DNA from: Pseudomonas aeruginosa
Lineage (GTDB): Bacteria > Pseudomonadota > Gammaproteobacteria > Pseudomonadales > Pseudomonadaceae
Reading direction: 5' to 3'
DNA length: 32,000 nucleotides
NCBI RefSeq assembly: GCF_001457615.1
Contig: NZ_LN831024.1
Span: 4,740,001 to 4,772,000, forward strand
The position numbers and the translations under genes are program-made. Positions within the stretch are counted from its first letter, which is position 1. Every line of letters begins with the position of its first letter. This document shows, one piece after another, positions 7,998-16,655 of this stretch. A model generated the notes under the pieces. The model had not been told where the DNA came from and did not search any database. It worked only from the letters and a program-made list of their open reading frames with translations.

Positions 7998-8287
7998 GCG
8001 TCTACAAGCTCGTCTGCCCCTGCTGCCACAGCCGGATGCGGATCCGCTCCTCCGAGGGCCAAACCCCGTGCTTCCGCTCGATGTACGCGCAATGCACAAA
8101 CGCGCTCTGCGGCGCCACCTTCACCGGCTCCCTGAGCTGGGACTACCAGCTCAGCCCCTCGGGCCTCGAGCGGCCACTGCTGGTACTCCCCATGGCGCCT
8201 TCGAAAACCCGTCAACTGGCACGCCGCGACCTCGCGGCCGCAACCAACCAACTGGACCTGCTGGATCATGTGGAGTGCATGCAATGA
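7994..8287 (+). CDS. ogr: Ogr/Delta-family zinc-finger late transcription activator
   Basis: CPCC-x22-C-x4-C zinc-finger pattern (CPCCHSRMRIRSSEGQTPCFRSMYAQCTNALC). 97 aa, P2-like context. Confidence 0.8.
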   Translation: MSVYKLVCPCCHSRMRIRSSEGQTPCFRSMYAQCTNALCGATFTGSLSWDYQLSPSGLERPLLVLPMAPSKTRQLARRDLAAATNQLDLLDHVECMQ

Positions 8288-8634
8288 ACGGCACCAACGA
8301 CTACCGCAGCACCATGCAGCAAGCCGCCGCAGCGTACCTGCTGGCCAACGCCAACCAGTATCTGTCCTCCGGCTCCGACCGGTTGTTCGATGCCTGTGTC
8401 AACCATCTGGCCAAAGGCCTCGAGGTTCCCCAGTTCATGGCCGAACAACTCGCCCAGCGCGCGTGGGATGAAGTCTTCGCGGGGCCAGACCCTATCTGGC
8501 TGGGTATCGACTGGGGCCAGGGAGACGACGAGGTGGTCTATTTGATCGACACCCGCAGTCACTGTCGCTTCCCGATCCCGGCCCGCTATCTGCCCGCGCA
8601 CCTGCTCAAACAGCGCCCCCAGCACACCCAGTAA
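8284..8634 (+). CDS. Hypothetical early protein
   Basis: ATG overlaps the ogr stop (ATGA). 116 aa with coding-like composition. Confidence 0.6.
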   Translation: MNGTNDYRSTMQQAAAAYLLANANQYLSSGSDRLFDACVNHLAKGLEVPQFMAEQLAQRAWDEVFAGPDPIWLGIDWGQGDDEVVYLIDTRSHCRFPIPARYLPAHLLKQRPQHTQ

Positions 8635-8710
8635 TCCCTGAAACACGCCCTACCCACTCCACTGCCGTGGGTTTGGGGAAGTTACGCCCAGAATTCGAGG
8701 TATCACCGCC

Positions 8711-8944
8711 ATGAGCGGCCACATTTCAATCACCGTCGAAGTCGACCAGAACCAGGCTGAGAAGTACCTGCTCTGGCTGGTCAGCCAGTACGAAGCCGCC
8801 ATGGCCGAGTGCTGGTACGACGATCGCTACCGCTATACGCCGCAGGGGCTGCGCGGCAAGCGCATCCTCGAGGACCGCCCACACATTGCTGGCATCTGCC
8901 GGACGATCCGCGAACTGCGCAAGCAGATTCGGGGGCGCGCATGA
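8711..8944 (+). CDS. Hypothetical early protein
   Basis: 77-aa ORF whose stop overlaps the primase ATG (ATGA). Confidence 0.6.
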   Translation: MSGHISITVEVDQNQAEKYLLWLVSQYEAAMAECWYDDRYRYTPQGLRGKRILEDRPHIAGICRTIRELRKQIRGRA

Positions 8945-11661
8945 AGGAAATGGACCGCGAACTCAAGGCCGACGTGCTGCGCCGCCTGCAGGATCAGTAC
9001 GGACTGACGCCGATCAAGGGCACAAAGTACATGCGCAAGGGCGAGTGCCCGACGTGCGGCAAAAAGGAGCTCTACACCCTGGTCGACAGCCCCTGGTTCA
9101 TCCGCTGCGGGCGCGGCAAGTGCGGCGACACCTGGCACATCAAGGAAATCTACCCGGAGCTCTTCGACGACTGGAGCAAGCGAGCGCCGGCCACCGACAA
9201 GGAACCCGCCGCCTCGGCCCGGGCGTACCTGGCCCATGCCCGCGGCTTCGACCTGGCGCTGATCGATGGCTGGTACAGCCAGGAAAACTACTGGGACCGC
9301 GACCTTGAGATCGGTAGCGCGACAGTACGCTTCCCGCTGAAGAAAGGCGGCTACTGGGAACGCCTAATCGATCGCCCGAGCCGCTTCGGCAAGAAGAAGG
9401 CCCGCTTCAAGCCGGGCGACAGCCCGCGCGGCGTCTGGTGGTGCCCACCCAGCGTCGACCTGCAGGAGGTGAAGGAGCTGTGGATCGTCGAAGGTATCTT
9501 CGACGCCATCGCACTGCTGCACCACGGCATCGACGCCGTGTCGGCCATGAGCTCCAACGCCTTCCCCGAGCAGTCTTTGCGCGAACTCGCGACAGCCCGT
9601 AGCGGCAAGCTGCCGAAACTGATCTGGGCGCTGGACAACGAACCCGGCGCCCACAGGTACACCCGGCGGTGGGTGACCGAGGCACGTGCCCTGGGCTACG
9701 TCTGCGAAGCGGCCCAACTACCGCAGCGCAACAACCGCAAATTCGACTGGAACGACCTGCACCAGCGCTGGATGTTCATCGATGACGCGGCCGAGCGCGC
9801 CGCGCAGATCGAGAAGGACCTCAAGACCGCGCGCCATGAGGGCGCGCTGCTGATCGCCGAGAGTCCTGCCGAGAAAGCGCTGCTGATGTACGACTGGAAC
9901 AGCCGCGGCGAATTCCACTTTCGGTTCGGCAACAGATTGTTCTGGTTCAAGCTGGACCTCGAGAAGTTCGACCGGGCCATGCGCGCGTTCGAAAACAGCG
10001 ACGACCACGAAGATAAGTTGCTGAACGACAGACAGAAGCGCGACAAGGCGCTGCAGCAGTCCGGCAATGTGGTTGAAATCGCAAACTGCTTCCCCCAGGC
10101 CCTGTACTTCCAGCGCAACGAGGTCACAGACGAGAGCTGGTACTACTTCCGCATCGATCGCCCCGACGACGAGAGCGTGAAGAACACCTTCACCAGCGCC
10201 CAAGTCGCGGCGGCCAGCGAGTTCAAGAAGCGCCTGCTCGGCGTGGCAGCGGGGGCGATCTTCACCGGCAGCGGCGCGCAGCTCGACCAGATCATGAAGC
10301 TGCAACTCACCGGCCTGAAGACGGTGGCCACCATCGATTACCTGGGCTACAGCCGGGAGCATGCCTGCTACGTCCTGGGCGACGTGGCGGTGCGCGGCGG
10401 CGTGATCGAGAAGGCCAACGCCGAAGACTTCTTCGAATTCCAAAAGCTGCGCCTGAAGACCCTGCAGCGTTCGATCAAGCTGCAGATCGCCACCGACGCC
10501 AAGGACTACCGCCCCGAGTGGCTGGACTGGCTGTGGACCTGCTTCGGCGCCAAGGGCCTGGTGGCGCTGGCATTCTGGTTCGGCTCGCTGTTCGCAGAGC
10601 AGATCCGCGCCGAGTTCCAGTCCTTTCCGTTCCTCGAGGCCACCGGCGAGGCCGGTGCCGGCAAGTCCACGCTGATCACCTTCCTATGGAAGCTGCTCGG
10701 CCGGGCGGACGAGGAAGGCCAGGACCCGTCGAAGATGACCAAGGCGGGCCTGCGCCGCTGGCTGACCCAGCTGTCGAACATGCCCATGGTCATGCTCGAG
10801 GCCGACCGCAGCGACAACAGCCGCGCCGGCGGCGCCGCCAAGTCATTCGACTGGGACGAGTTCAAGCCGCTGTTCAACGGCCGCGCGCTGGGCGTGACCG
10901 GCCAGAAGACCGCCGGCAACGAGACCTACGAGCCACCCTTCCGCGGCACCCTGGTGATGAGCCAGAACGCCACGGTGCAGGCCTCCGAAGCGATCATGAC
11001 CCGTATCGTGAAGCTGCACTTCATTCGCCCGGAGATCACCCGCGAGAGCCAGGCCGCGGCCGACAACCTCAACCACCTGGACGTGCTCGAGGTCAGCCAC
11101 TTCCTGCTGATGGCCATCCGCGCGGAGGCCCGCGTGCTGGAGTGCTTCCGCGAGCGGCTGAAGGTTCACAGCGCGACGCTGCGCGGTCTGAAGCAGATTC
11201 GTATCGAGCGGCTGATACTCAACCACGCGCAGATGATGGCCCTGGTCGACGCGCTGCGCCTGGTGGTGCCGCTGTCCGAGCACCAGCTCGCCTGCGCTCA
11301 GCAGACCCTGATGACGATGGCCCTGGAGCGCCAGGACGCCGTCAACGCCGACGCGCCCGAGGTGGCCGAGTTCTGGGAGGTCTACGACTACCTCGAAAAC
11401 CTCAGCGAAGAGCCGGTGCTCAACCACAGCAAGAACCCCGGAACCATCGCCATCAACCTTAATGAGTTCGTGAAGCTGGCCGCCGACCACCGCCAGAAGG
11501 TGGCCGACGCGGCAACCCTGCGCGACCTGCTGAAAGAGTCCCGCCGGCACAAATTCATCGAATACAAGGCCGTCGACAGCGCAGTGCGCGCGGCACACGC
11601 CCGCCAGAACCCTTTCACCAACCGACCCAGCACCGTCAAGTGCTGGATTTTCCAAGCCTAA
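8941..11661 (+). CDS. Bifunctional primase/helicase-type replication protein (zinc finger + TOPRIM + P-loop NTPase)
   Basis: Cys cluster CPTCGKKELYTLVDSPWFIRCGRGKCG, TOPRIM-like LWIVEGIFDAIAL...ALDNEPG, and Walker A GEAGAGKST. About 906 aa. Confidence 0.8.
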   Translation: MKEMDRELKADVLRRLQDQYGLTPIKGTKYMRKGECPTCGKKELYTLVDSPWFIRCGRGKCGDTWHIKEIYPELFDDWSKRAPATDKEPAASARAYLAHARGFDLALIDGWYSQENYWDRDLEIGSATVRFPLKKGGYWERLIDRPSRFGKKKARFKPGDSPRGVWWCPPSVDLQEVKELWIVEGIFDAIALLHHGIDAVSAMSSNAFPEQSLRELATARSGKLPKLIWALDNEPGAHRYTRRWVTEARALGYVCEAAQLPQRNNRKFDWNDLHQRWMFIDDAAERAAQIEKDLKTARHEGALLIAESPAEKALLMYDWNSRGEFHFRFGNRLFWFKLDLEKFDRAMRAFENSDDHEDKLLNDRQKRDKALQQSGNVVEIANCFPQALYFQRNEVTDESWYYFRIDRPDDESVKNTFTSAQVAAASEFKKRLLGVAAGAIFTGSGAQLDQIMKLQLTGLKTVATIDYLGYSREHACYVLGDVAVRGGVIEKANAEDFFEFQKLRLKTLQRSIKLQIATDAKDYRPEWLDWLWTCFGAKGLVALAFWFGSLFAEQIRAEFQSFPFLEATGEAGAGKSTLITFLWKLLGRADEEGQDPSKMTKAGLRRWLTQLSNMPMVMLEADRSDNSRAGGAAKSFDWDEFKPLFNGRALGVTGQKTAGNETYEPPFRGTLVMSQNATVQASEAIMTRIVKLHFIRPEITRESQAAADNLNHLDVLEVSHFLLMAIRAEARVLECFRERLKVHSATLRGLKQIRIERLILNHAQMMALVDALRLVVPLSEHQLACAQQTLMTMALERQDAVNADAPEVAEFWEVYDYLENLSEEPVLNHSKNPGTIAINLNEFVKLAADHRQKVADAATLRDLLKESRRHKFIEYKAVDSAVRAAHARQNPFTNRPSTVKCWIFQA

Positions 11662-11679
11662 CCGGCGCGGCAACGCCGG
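11662..11679 (+). promoter_or_regulatory. Hairpin CCGGCG-CGGCAA-CGCCGG directly after the primase stop
   Basis: 6-bp perfect stem. Its CGGCAA loop is identical to the hairpin at 12284-12313. Confidence 0.5.
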
Positions 11680-11686
11680 AACTGCA

Positions 11687-11711
11687 ACCCCAAAGGAGAG
11701 ACACCATGCAA
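11687..11711 (+). repeat. 25-nt exact repeat ACCCCAAAGGAGAGACACCATGCAA (SD plus start codon), copy 1
   Basis: Identical to 12318-12342. Contains AAGGAG and the ATG of the downstream ORF. Confidence 0.9.
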
Positions 11712-12059
11712 CCCCTCCCCCACGACTATCTGCAGTTGATCCACGACTTCCAGGCCAGGCAGCAGGAGAACGAGGTAGCCGGCATCACAGCGTTGAAACG
11801 CCTGCTCCCGATCGCACAGCGCGACAGCGGCCAGAGCGGCGTGATCGGTCGGTTCCTGCTCGGCCTGTACAACGGCCAAGCCCACCGCTTCGACCTCACC
11901 GAGCTACGCCGCCTCGACCCAGCTCTGTTCGATGCGTGCCTGTCCGTGCTGCGTATGGACTACGCCCCGAAACAGGAAGTGCATGAGTACTTCGAGGACG
12001 GCGACGCGATCTGGCAGGACCTGCGCAAACGCTGGGCCGCAGCATCGCTGCCGGCATAG
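11706..12059 (+). CDS. Hypothetical early protein
   Basis: ATG at 11706 behind AAAGGAGAG. 117 aa. Confidence 0.65.
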   Translation: MQPLPHDYLQLIHDFQARQQENEVAGITALKRLLPIAQRDSGQSGVIGRFLLGLYNGQAHRFDLTELRRLDPALFDACLSVLRMDYAPKQEVHEYFEDGDAIWQDLRKRWAAASLPA

Positions 12060-12070
12060 GGGGACTGACT

Positions 12071-12277
12071 GTGGATGTGATCGACCAGGCCAACGAACGG
12101 GCCGAGAACATGATCCAGGCCGCCCTGGCCCAGCGGACGAACACCCGCCTGGCGCCCAGCGCCCTCTGGTGCGAGGACTGCGGCGAGCAGATACCCGAGG
12201 CCCGCCGCCAGGCCGCCCCAGGCTGCGAGTGCTGCATCAGCTGTCAGGAACTGCGCGAGCACCCCGCGCGGCGCTGA
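12071..12277 (+). CDS. TraR/DksA-family C4 zinc-finger protein
   Basis: CEDCGEQIPEARRQAAPGCECCISC shows the C-x2-C...C-x2-C pattern typical of phage TraR-like proteins. GTG start. Confidence 0.75.
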   Translation: MDVIDQANERAENMIQAALAQRTNTRLAPSALWCEDCGEQIPEARRQAAPGCECCISCQELREHPARR

Positions 12278-12283
12278 AGAAGA

Positions 12284-12313
12284 GGCGCCAGGGAGCGGCA
12301 ACTCCCTGGCGCC
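12284..12313 (+). promoter_or_regulatory. Hairpin GGCGCCAGGGAG-CGGCAA-CTCCCTGGCGCC after the TraR-like gene
   Basis: 12-bp perfect stem. The loop matches 11662-11679, but the stem sequence is different. Confidence 0.55.
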
Positions 12314-12317
12314 GACC

Positions 12318-12342
12318 ACCCCAAAGGAGAGACACCATGCAA
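12318..12342 (+). repeat. 25-nt exact repeat ACCCCAAAGGAGAGACACCATGCAA, copy 2
   Basis: Identical to 11687-11711. Confidence 0.9.
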
Positions 12343-12777
12343 GCGAATCAGCCTCAAGGCGGCAGCGCCAAGGCTAGCACACCACGCTATGACACCATCG
12401 TCATCCGCGGCGCCACCGGCAAAGACGTCCCGAGGGAAGTAGACGGCGGAGAGGTGGTCAGCTGGGCACGCGGCCATGAACTGGCAGCCGGCGACGCCCT
12501 GCTGGAGTTCGTCAACTACGTGGCCGATGGTGATTGCGGCATCACCCCGGAGCTGAGCACCAAGGCGCGTAAGGCGCTGGATCTGATGGAGCGTCGCAGC
12601 AGGTTGGGCTGGGAGGCGGACGAACAGCCAGAAGATTGGCCGGCGTCGGTTAACCGTGCAGCACAAACGGCCCGCGAAGTGTTCAACGGCTCCCACGAAG
12701 ACGCCATCCAGGCGATTGAGTACATGCATGCCCTGCTGCTGCAGGCTGCCCCTGTCGTGCAAGGCGGTGACGTATGA
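12337..12777 (+). CDS. Hypothetical early protein
   Basis: ATG at 12337 behind AAAGGAGAG. 146 aa. Confidence 0.65.
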   Translation: MQANQPQGGSAKASTPRYDTIVIRGATGKDVPREVDGGEVVSWARGHELAAGDALLEFVNYVADGDCGITPELSTKARKALDLMERRSRLGWEADEQPEDWPASVNRAAQTAREVFNGSHEDAIQAIEYMHALLLQAAPVVQGGDV

Positions 12778-12950
12778 AGCCCTGCACCCTTGGCAAGCGC
12801 CACAGCTGGACATTCGTCCGCAACGTCGTCACCAGCCACCTGAGCGGCCGTTTCGGCCGCATCACCAAGCGCGGGTTCTACCGCTGCGAATGCGGCGCCG
12901 AGAAGTACGGCAACGCCGGCGACCTGTCCGGGGGTAGCACCCATGCTTAA
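12774..12950 (+). CDS. Small basic Cys-containing hypothetical protein (58 aa)
   Basis: ATG overlaps the previous stop (ATGA). Translation: MKPCTLGKRHSWTFVRNVVTSHLSGRFGRITKRGFYRCECGAEKYGNAGDLSGGSTHA. Below the ORF-track cutoff. Confidence 0.5.
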   Translation: MKPCTLGKRHSWTFVRNVVTSHLSGRFGRITKRGFYRCECGAEKYGNAGDLSGGSTHA

Positions 12951-13041
12951 GCGCACCCTCTACCACTTCCACTTCTGCTGCGGCCTGGGCGGCGGCGTGG
13001 CGGTGGCGCTGAGCGTTTCACAACCCGCTGAAAGTCGCTGA
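12943..13041 (+). pseudogene. Possible N-terminal remnant of a C5 cytosine methyltransferase (32 codons)
   Basis: MLKRTLYHFHFCCGLGGGVAVALSVSQPAESR. FCCGLGGG resembles SAM-binding motif I (FxGxGG), and the frame stops soon after. Confidence 0.3.
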
Positions 13042-13051
13042 GGTGAACGGC

Positions 13052-13228
13052 ATGCACGAATTACTGAAGATGCTGGACAACCCGCGCAGCTTGCTGAACT
13101 TCTCGCTGGCGATTCTGGCTGTCCTGGCTTTGTTCTTCATGTTGAAGAGCGGCGCGCAAGCTGCTTCGCAGCCGGCCTCCTCCTTCTCCGCTCCCAAGGA
13201 AGCAGACTCAAGGGGGAAACGTCCATGA
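13052..13228 (+). CDS. Small membrane protein
   Basis: SD GAGG lies 8 nt upstream of the ATG. Hydrophobic helix LLNFSLAILAVLALFFML. The ORF track offers an alternative GTG at 13043. Confidence 0.5.
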   Translation: MHELLKMLDNPRSLLNFSLAILAVLALFFMLKSGAQAASQPASSFSAPKEADSRGKRP

Positions 13229-13851
13229 GCGACCTTTTCTACCTGCAGGACAGCCGCAGCAACGTCGGGAGCCGAGCAACGTTCTGGCGCGCCGGCGGCG
13301 GCTACACCACGAACCTCGACGACGCCGAGACGTTCGCCCGCGAACGCGCCGTAAAGCAGTACGAAAACCGCGACAGCGATCTGCCCTGGCCCGTGGACTA
13401 TGTCCGCGCCCGGGCAGAGGTCGGGGTCGACTGCCAGTACCTCACCAAGTCAGAAGCCGAGGCCTACCGCAACGAGGACGGCCGCATGTATGTGGCGTAC
13501 GCACGCGAGTGGGACGGAAACGACCTGGTATGGCGCGGCGCCCAAGGCCCAACCGCCAACCTGGACGACGCCATCCACCCGGGGGCGGCTGATGCCGCTG
13601 TGTTCCTGGCCCAGGGCTTCGAGCTGTGGCCATGCGGCTACATCGCGGAGCACTCCCGCCTGGTAGTCCGCGCCATGCTGCTCGACCACAAGCAGGCGCT
13701 GCGCTCGGTCGGCCTCAAGCTGCCCAAGCTCCAGCGCCCGCGCTATCGCAGCTACAGCAACCTGCTCAACTGCGAAGGCTGCGGCCGTTTTCTCAACGAG
13801 CGCCAGCGCTTCGACGACTGCCCCAACTGTGGGACAAGGAATGCGCCATGA
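13225..13851 (+). CDS. Hypothetical protein with an internally duplicated N-terminal motif and a C-terminal zinc ribbon
   Basis: FWRAGGGYTTNLDDAETF is echoed by VWRGAQGPTANLDDAIHP. The C-terminus carries CEGCGRF...CPNCG. Confidence 0.65.
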   Translation: MSDLFYLQDSRSNVGSRATFWRAGGGYTTNLDDAETFARERAVKQYENRDSDLPWPVDYVRARAEVGVDCQYLTKSEAEAYRNEDGRMYVAYAREWDGNDLVWRGAQGPTANLDDAIHPGAADAAVFLAQGFELWPCGYIAEHSRLVVRAMLLDHKQALRSVGLKLPKLQRPRYRSYSNLLNCEGCGRFLNERQRFDDCPNCGTRNAP

Positions 13852-14705
13852 CCGCCTATCGCCCACTACTTCGTTATCACGGCGGCAAGTGGAAACTAGC
13901 CCCGTGGATCATCAGCCACATGGCCGAGCACAAGACATACGTCGAGCCATTCGGTGGCGGTGGATCCGTCCTGATTCGCAAGCCCCGCGCCTACGCCGAG
14001 GTCTACAACGACTTGGACGGGGACGTGGTGAACCTGTTCCGTGTCGCGCGCGACCGCGGCGAGGAGCTGCGCCAGGCCCTGGCACTTACTCCGTTCGCTC
14101 GAGGCGAGTTCGACATCAGCTACGACGAAACAGCAGACACGCTGGAGCGCGCACGCCGGATGATCGTGCGCTCATTTCAAGGGTTCGGTAGCGCAGCGGC
14201 GAGCGGCGAACGCACGGGGTTTCGCTCATCGTCCTCCCGTTCGGGAACATCCCCGGCGATGGACTGGCGCAACTACCCGGACGCACTGTCCGCGATCATT
14301 GACCGCCTCCAGGGCGTAGTGATCGAGAATCGCGACGCTATGGAAGTGATGGCACACCACGACCGGCCGACCACTCTGCACTATGTCGATCCGCCCTACG
14401 TGCATTCAACTCGCAGCCCCAAGGTCCGGCACAACGACACCGGGAAGAGCTATCGCTACGAGCTCAGCGACGAGCAGCACCGGGACCTTGCGGTCGCACT
14501 GCATCGGTTGGATGGCATGGTCATTGTCTCTGGCTATCCATGCCCCCTATATGACGATCTGTTCCAGGACTGGCACTGCATCGAGCGCGCAGCGCATGCC
14601 GACGGTGCACGCCAGCGCGTCGAGTGTTTATGGCTCAACCCTAGCGCTTACCAGGGACTGGCTCAGTTCGACATTTTCAAGGAGGGCAACGCATGCGCAT
14701 GCTGA
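13848..14705 (+). CDS. dam: N6-adenine DNA methyltransferase, Dam/D12 class
   Basis: YHGGKWKLAPWI, FGGGGS (motif I) and DPPY (motif IV). The ATG overlaps the previous stop. Confidence 0.85.
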   Translation: MTAYRPLLRYHGGKWKLAPWIISHMAEHKTYVEPFGGGGSVLIRKPRAYAEVYNDLDGDVVNLFRVARDRGEELRQALALTPFARGEFDISYDETADTLERARRMIVRSFQGFGSAAASGERTGFRSSSSRSGTSPAMDWRNYPDALSAIIDRLQGVVIENRDAMEVMAHHDRPTTLHYVDPPYVHSTRSPKVRHNDTGKSYRYELSDEQHRDLAVALHRLDGMVIVSGYPCPLYDDLFQDWHCIERAAHADGARQRVECLWLNPSAYQGLAQFDIFKEGNACAC

Positions 14706-14935
14706 TACTCCAAAGTGGCCGCCGCTGCGGCCGCTCGAAAAGCCTGCAGCCATTGCTTCAGTACGCCCTGGCCAACGGTTGGAGGGTTGGACTGACCAAC
14801 GGCGGGCATCTGCGCTTCACCAAGGCAGAGCGGCCAGTTATCCACACCAGCAGCACGCCGAGCGATTGGCGCGCAGTCCGCAACGCGGTGGCAATGCTGG
14901 CCAGGGCCGATCGCAAGGAGGTGATCCTTGTCTGA
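14693..14935 (+). CDS. Hypothetical small protein (weak HicA/YcfA-like resemblance)
   Basis: Strong SD AAGGAGG. 80 aa. The segment GWRVGLTNGGHLRFTKAERPVIHTSSTPSDWRAVRNAVAML recalls the HicA fold pattern, but this is not verified. Confidence 0.5.
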   Translation: MRMLILQSGRRCGRSKSLQPLLQYALANGWRVGLTNGGHLRFTKAERPVIHTSSTPSDWRAVRNAVAMLARADRKEVILV

Positions 14936-15131
14936 TCAGGCCAACCGCCAGCACATGCTGGCATGTGAGGCCCGGTACTGGCTCCGGCGTGGCATCACCA
15001 CGCCGGAGAAAGTCGCCGAGCTGAGCGAAACCCTCAAGCGGCGGGGGGAAAGCGCCGTCGAGCAGTTGATAGCGGAAATGCGCCGTCAGTGGCTGGCACG
15101 GACAGAGTGGATAGGTGGTGAAGATGGCTGA
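14928..15131 (+). CDS. Hypothetical small protein (TTG start)
   Basis: AAGGAGG lies 8 nt upstream of TTG 14928. 67 aa. Confidence 0.45.
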   Translation: MSDQANRQHMLACEARYWLRRGITTPEKVAELSETLKRRGESAVEQLIAEMRRQWLARTEWIGGEDG

Positions 15132-15327
15132 ACTGGACAGATTCATGCGGGAAGCCGAGGTACTGGAAGCCACCAGCCTGGCGCGCTCGACACTCTGGCG
15201 GGAGGTGAAGGCCAAGCGCTTCCCCAGTCCGGTACAGATCACACCTGGGCGAGTAGGCTGGAGACAATCCGATATCAACCGCTGGCTGGAAAACCCGATG
15301 GGATGGACGCCAACAAGGGCCGCGTGA
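15124..15327 (+). CDS. alpA: AlpA-family phage regulatory protein / excisionase-like HTH
   Basis: LEATSLARSTLWREVKAKRFPSPVQITPGRVGWRQSDINRWL matches the AlpA pattern. The gene is adjacent to the integrase. Confidence 0.75.
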   Translation: MAELDRFMREAEVLEATSLARSTLWREVKAKRFPSPVQITPGRVGWRQSDINRWLENPMGWTPTRAA

Positions 15328-15333
15328 GCGGCC

Positions 15334-16536
15334 CTACTTCTTGGTGTCGATAACGTTCTTTTCGAGCCAGGCGGCCCAGCGATCGAGCCCGCGCTTCTTC
15401 TCTTGGAAGTAGTCGTAGCGGTCGTAGTGCTTGGATGACACATCGTTGAAGGCGTGGCCCTGGATTCTGTCCCGCAGCTCCTTGGTGAGCCCGGCTTTCG
15501 CCATCAGCGTCTTGCAGGTCCGACGGATGTCCCGAAGTGTGAACGGGCCGTTGAACGACTTGTGATGCCGGCCGTATAGCTTCGTCACCGCCCTGGACAG
15601 AGACTGGGGGTTCAGTGATTTCCCCTCCTCCTTGCCCTGGAACGGATACGCGCTCTTCTCGCTGATGCAGTCCATTTCCTTCAGGCTCGCCCGCATCAGC
15701 TTGTTGTAGGGCACCACATGCATCGCCCGCTCACCTTCACCGCCCTTCCCGTTGCGGATCATCACATGGTCCCGCTGATACATCGTCCGATCAGACCGGA
15801 GCAGTTGCTCCGGTCGTTGACCACCGCTGGCGATCAAGAACTTGAGCAACTCGGAAGTCGTGAGGGACAGCTTCTCCGGCAGCAGATGCCAGAGCGCTTG
15901 CAACTCCTTCTCCGTGAGTGCCCGATCCCCGGGCTGCTCCCAGTCTTCCTGTACAGGGATGCTAGCCACCGGGTTGCTGGTCAGGCCGAAGCGATTTTCC
16001 TGCTCCAGATAGGTGCGGGGGTTGTAGTCCTGCTGCAGGGCACTCTGGAACGCCGAATGAAGGCGAGAGCGCACCCGGTTCGTCATTGTCGTGACGCCGC
16101 CGGCAATCATCTTGGCCAGGATGTCACGGATATCGGCCGGCCCGATCAACACCGCCGGGCGCTCCACCAGGGTTGGGAACGGCTCGGAAACGTAGTGTTT
16201 GAAGGACCACTCGACGTGCTCGGCACTCGCCGCCCCTTCCTGCTTCAGCTTGGCGACATAGGCGGCCATCAACTCCTTGAAGGTGCCAGCCTCAACCTGT
16301 ATCTCCTTCTCCTCGCGGCACCGGTCCCGCGCTTCCGTGAGCGCCATCGTCGGCCAGGTGCCCAGCTTGGTCTTCAGCTTCCGCCCGTTCTTCCGGCGCT
16401 GGAAGTAGAACTCCTTCGTACCATTGGGCCGCACCCGAAGCATCAAGACACCCTCGCCCCGCGCGCTGCGCCCGTCGCTGACGGTGTATTCCTTCTCGGC
16501 TGGCTTGAGTGCGCGGATCTGTCTCTCGGTGAGCAC
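15334..16536 (-). CDS. int: Tyrosine integrase, P4-type with an N-terminal arm-binding domain
   Basis: The N-terminus VLTERQIRALKPAEKEYTVSDG... is typical of P4-like integrases, and the C-terminus has R...H..R..Y-type motifs (HDLRRT-like LRDIRRTCKT, GHAFNDVSSKHYDRYDY). GTG 16536 is preceded by AAGGA. The ORF stays open to a TTG at 16587. Confidence 0.85.
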   Translation of the reverse strand: MLTERQIRALKPAEKEYTVSDGRSARGEGVLMLRVRPNGTKEFYFQRRKNGRKLKTKLGTWPTMALTEARDRCREEKEIQVEAGTFKELMAAYVAKLKQEGAASAEHVEWSFKHYVSEPFPTLVERPAVLIGPADIRDILAKMIAGGVTTMTNRVRSRLHSAFQSALQQDYNPRTYLEQENRFGLTSNPVASIPVQEDWEQPGDRALTEKELQALWHLLPEKLSLTTSELLKFLIASGGQRPEQLLRSDRTMYQRDHVMIRNGKGGEGERAMHVVPYNKLMRASLKEMDCISEKSAYPFQGKEEGKSLNPQSLSRAVTKLYGRHHKSFNGPFTLRDIRRTCKTLMAKAGLTKELRDRIQGHAFNDVSSKHYDRYDYFQEKKRGLDRWAAWLEKNVIDTKK

Positions 16537-16587
16537 GGGGCTGTCCTTAATTAGGGGCCCTTTCTGGGGGCCGTTTGCACGGAGCAA

Positions 16588-16623
16588 GGTGGTTCTTCCT
16601 GGGACAACCTAGGACGAACCACC
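16588..16623. promoter_or_regulatory. Long imperfect palindrome upstream of the integrase gene
   Basis: GGTGGTTC-T-TCCTGGG-ACAA-CCTAGGA-C-GAACCACC: 8 + 7 bp arms, with one G-T on the plus strand. Confidence 0.4.
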
Positions 16624-16655
16624 TACCCAGAGGCCCCGGGATAGAAGGCCTCGAC

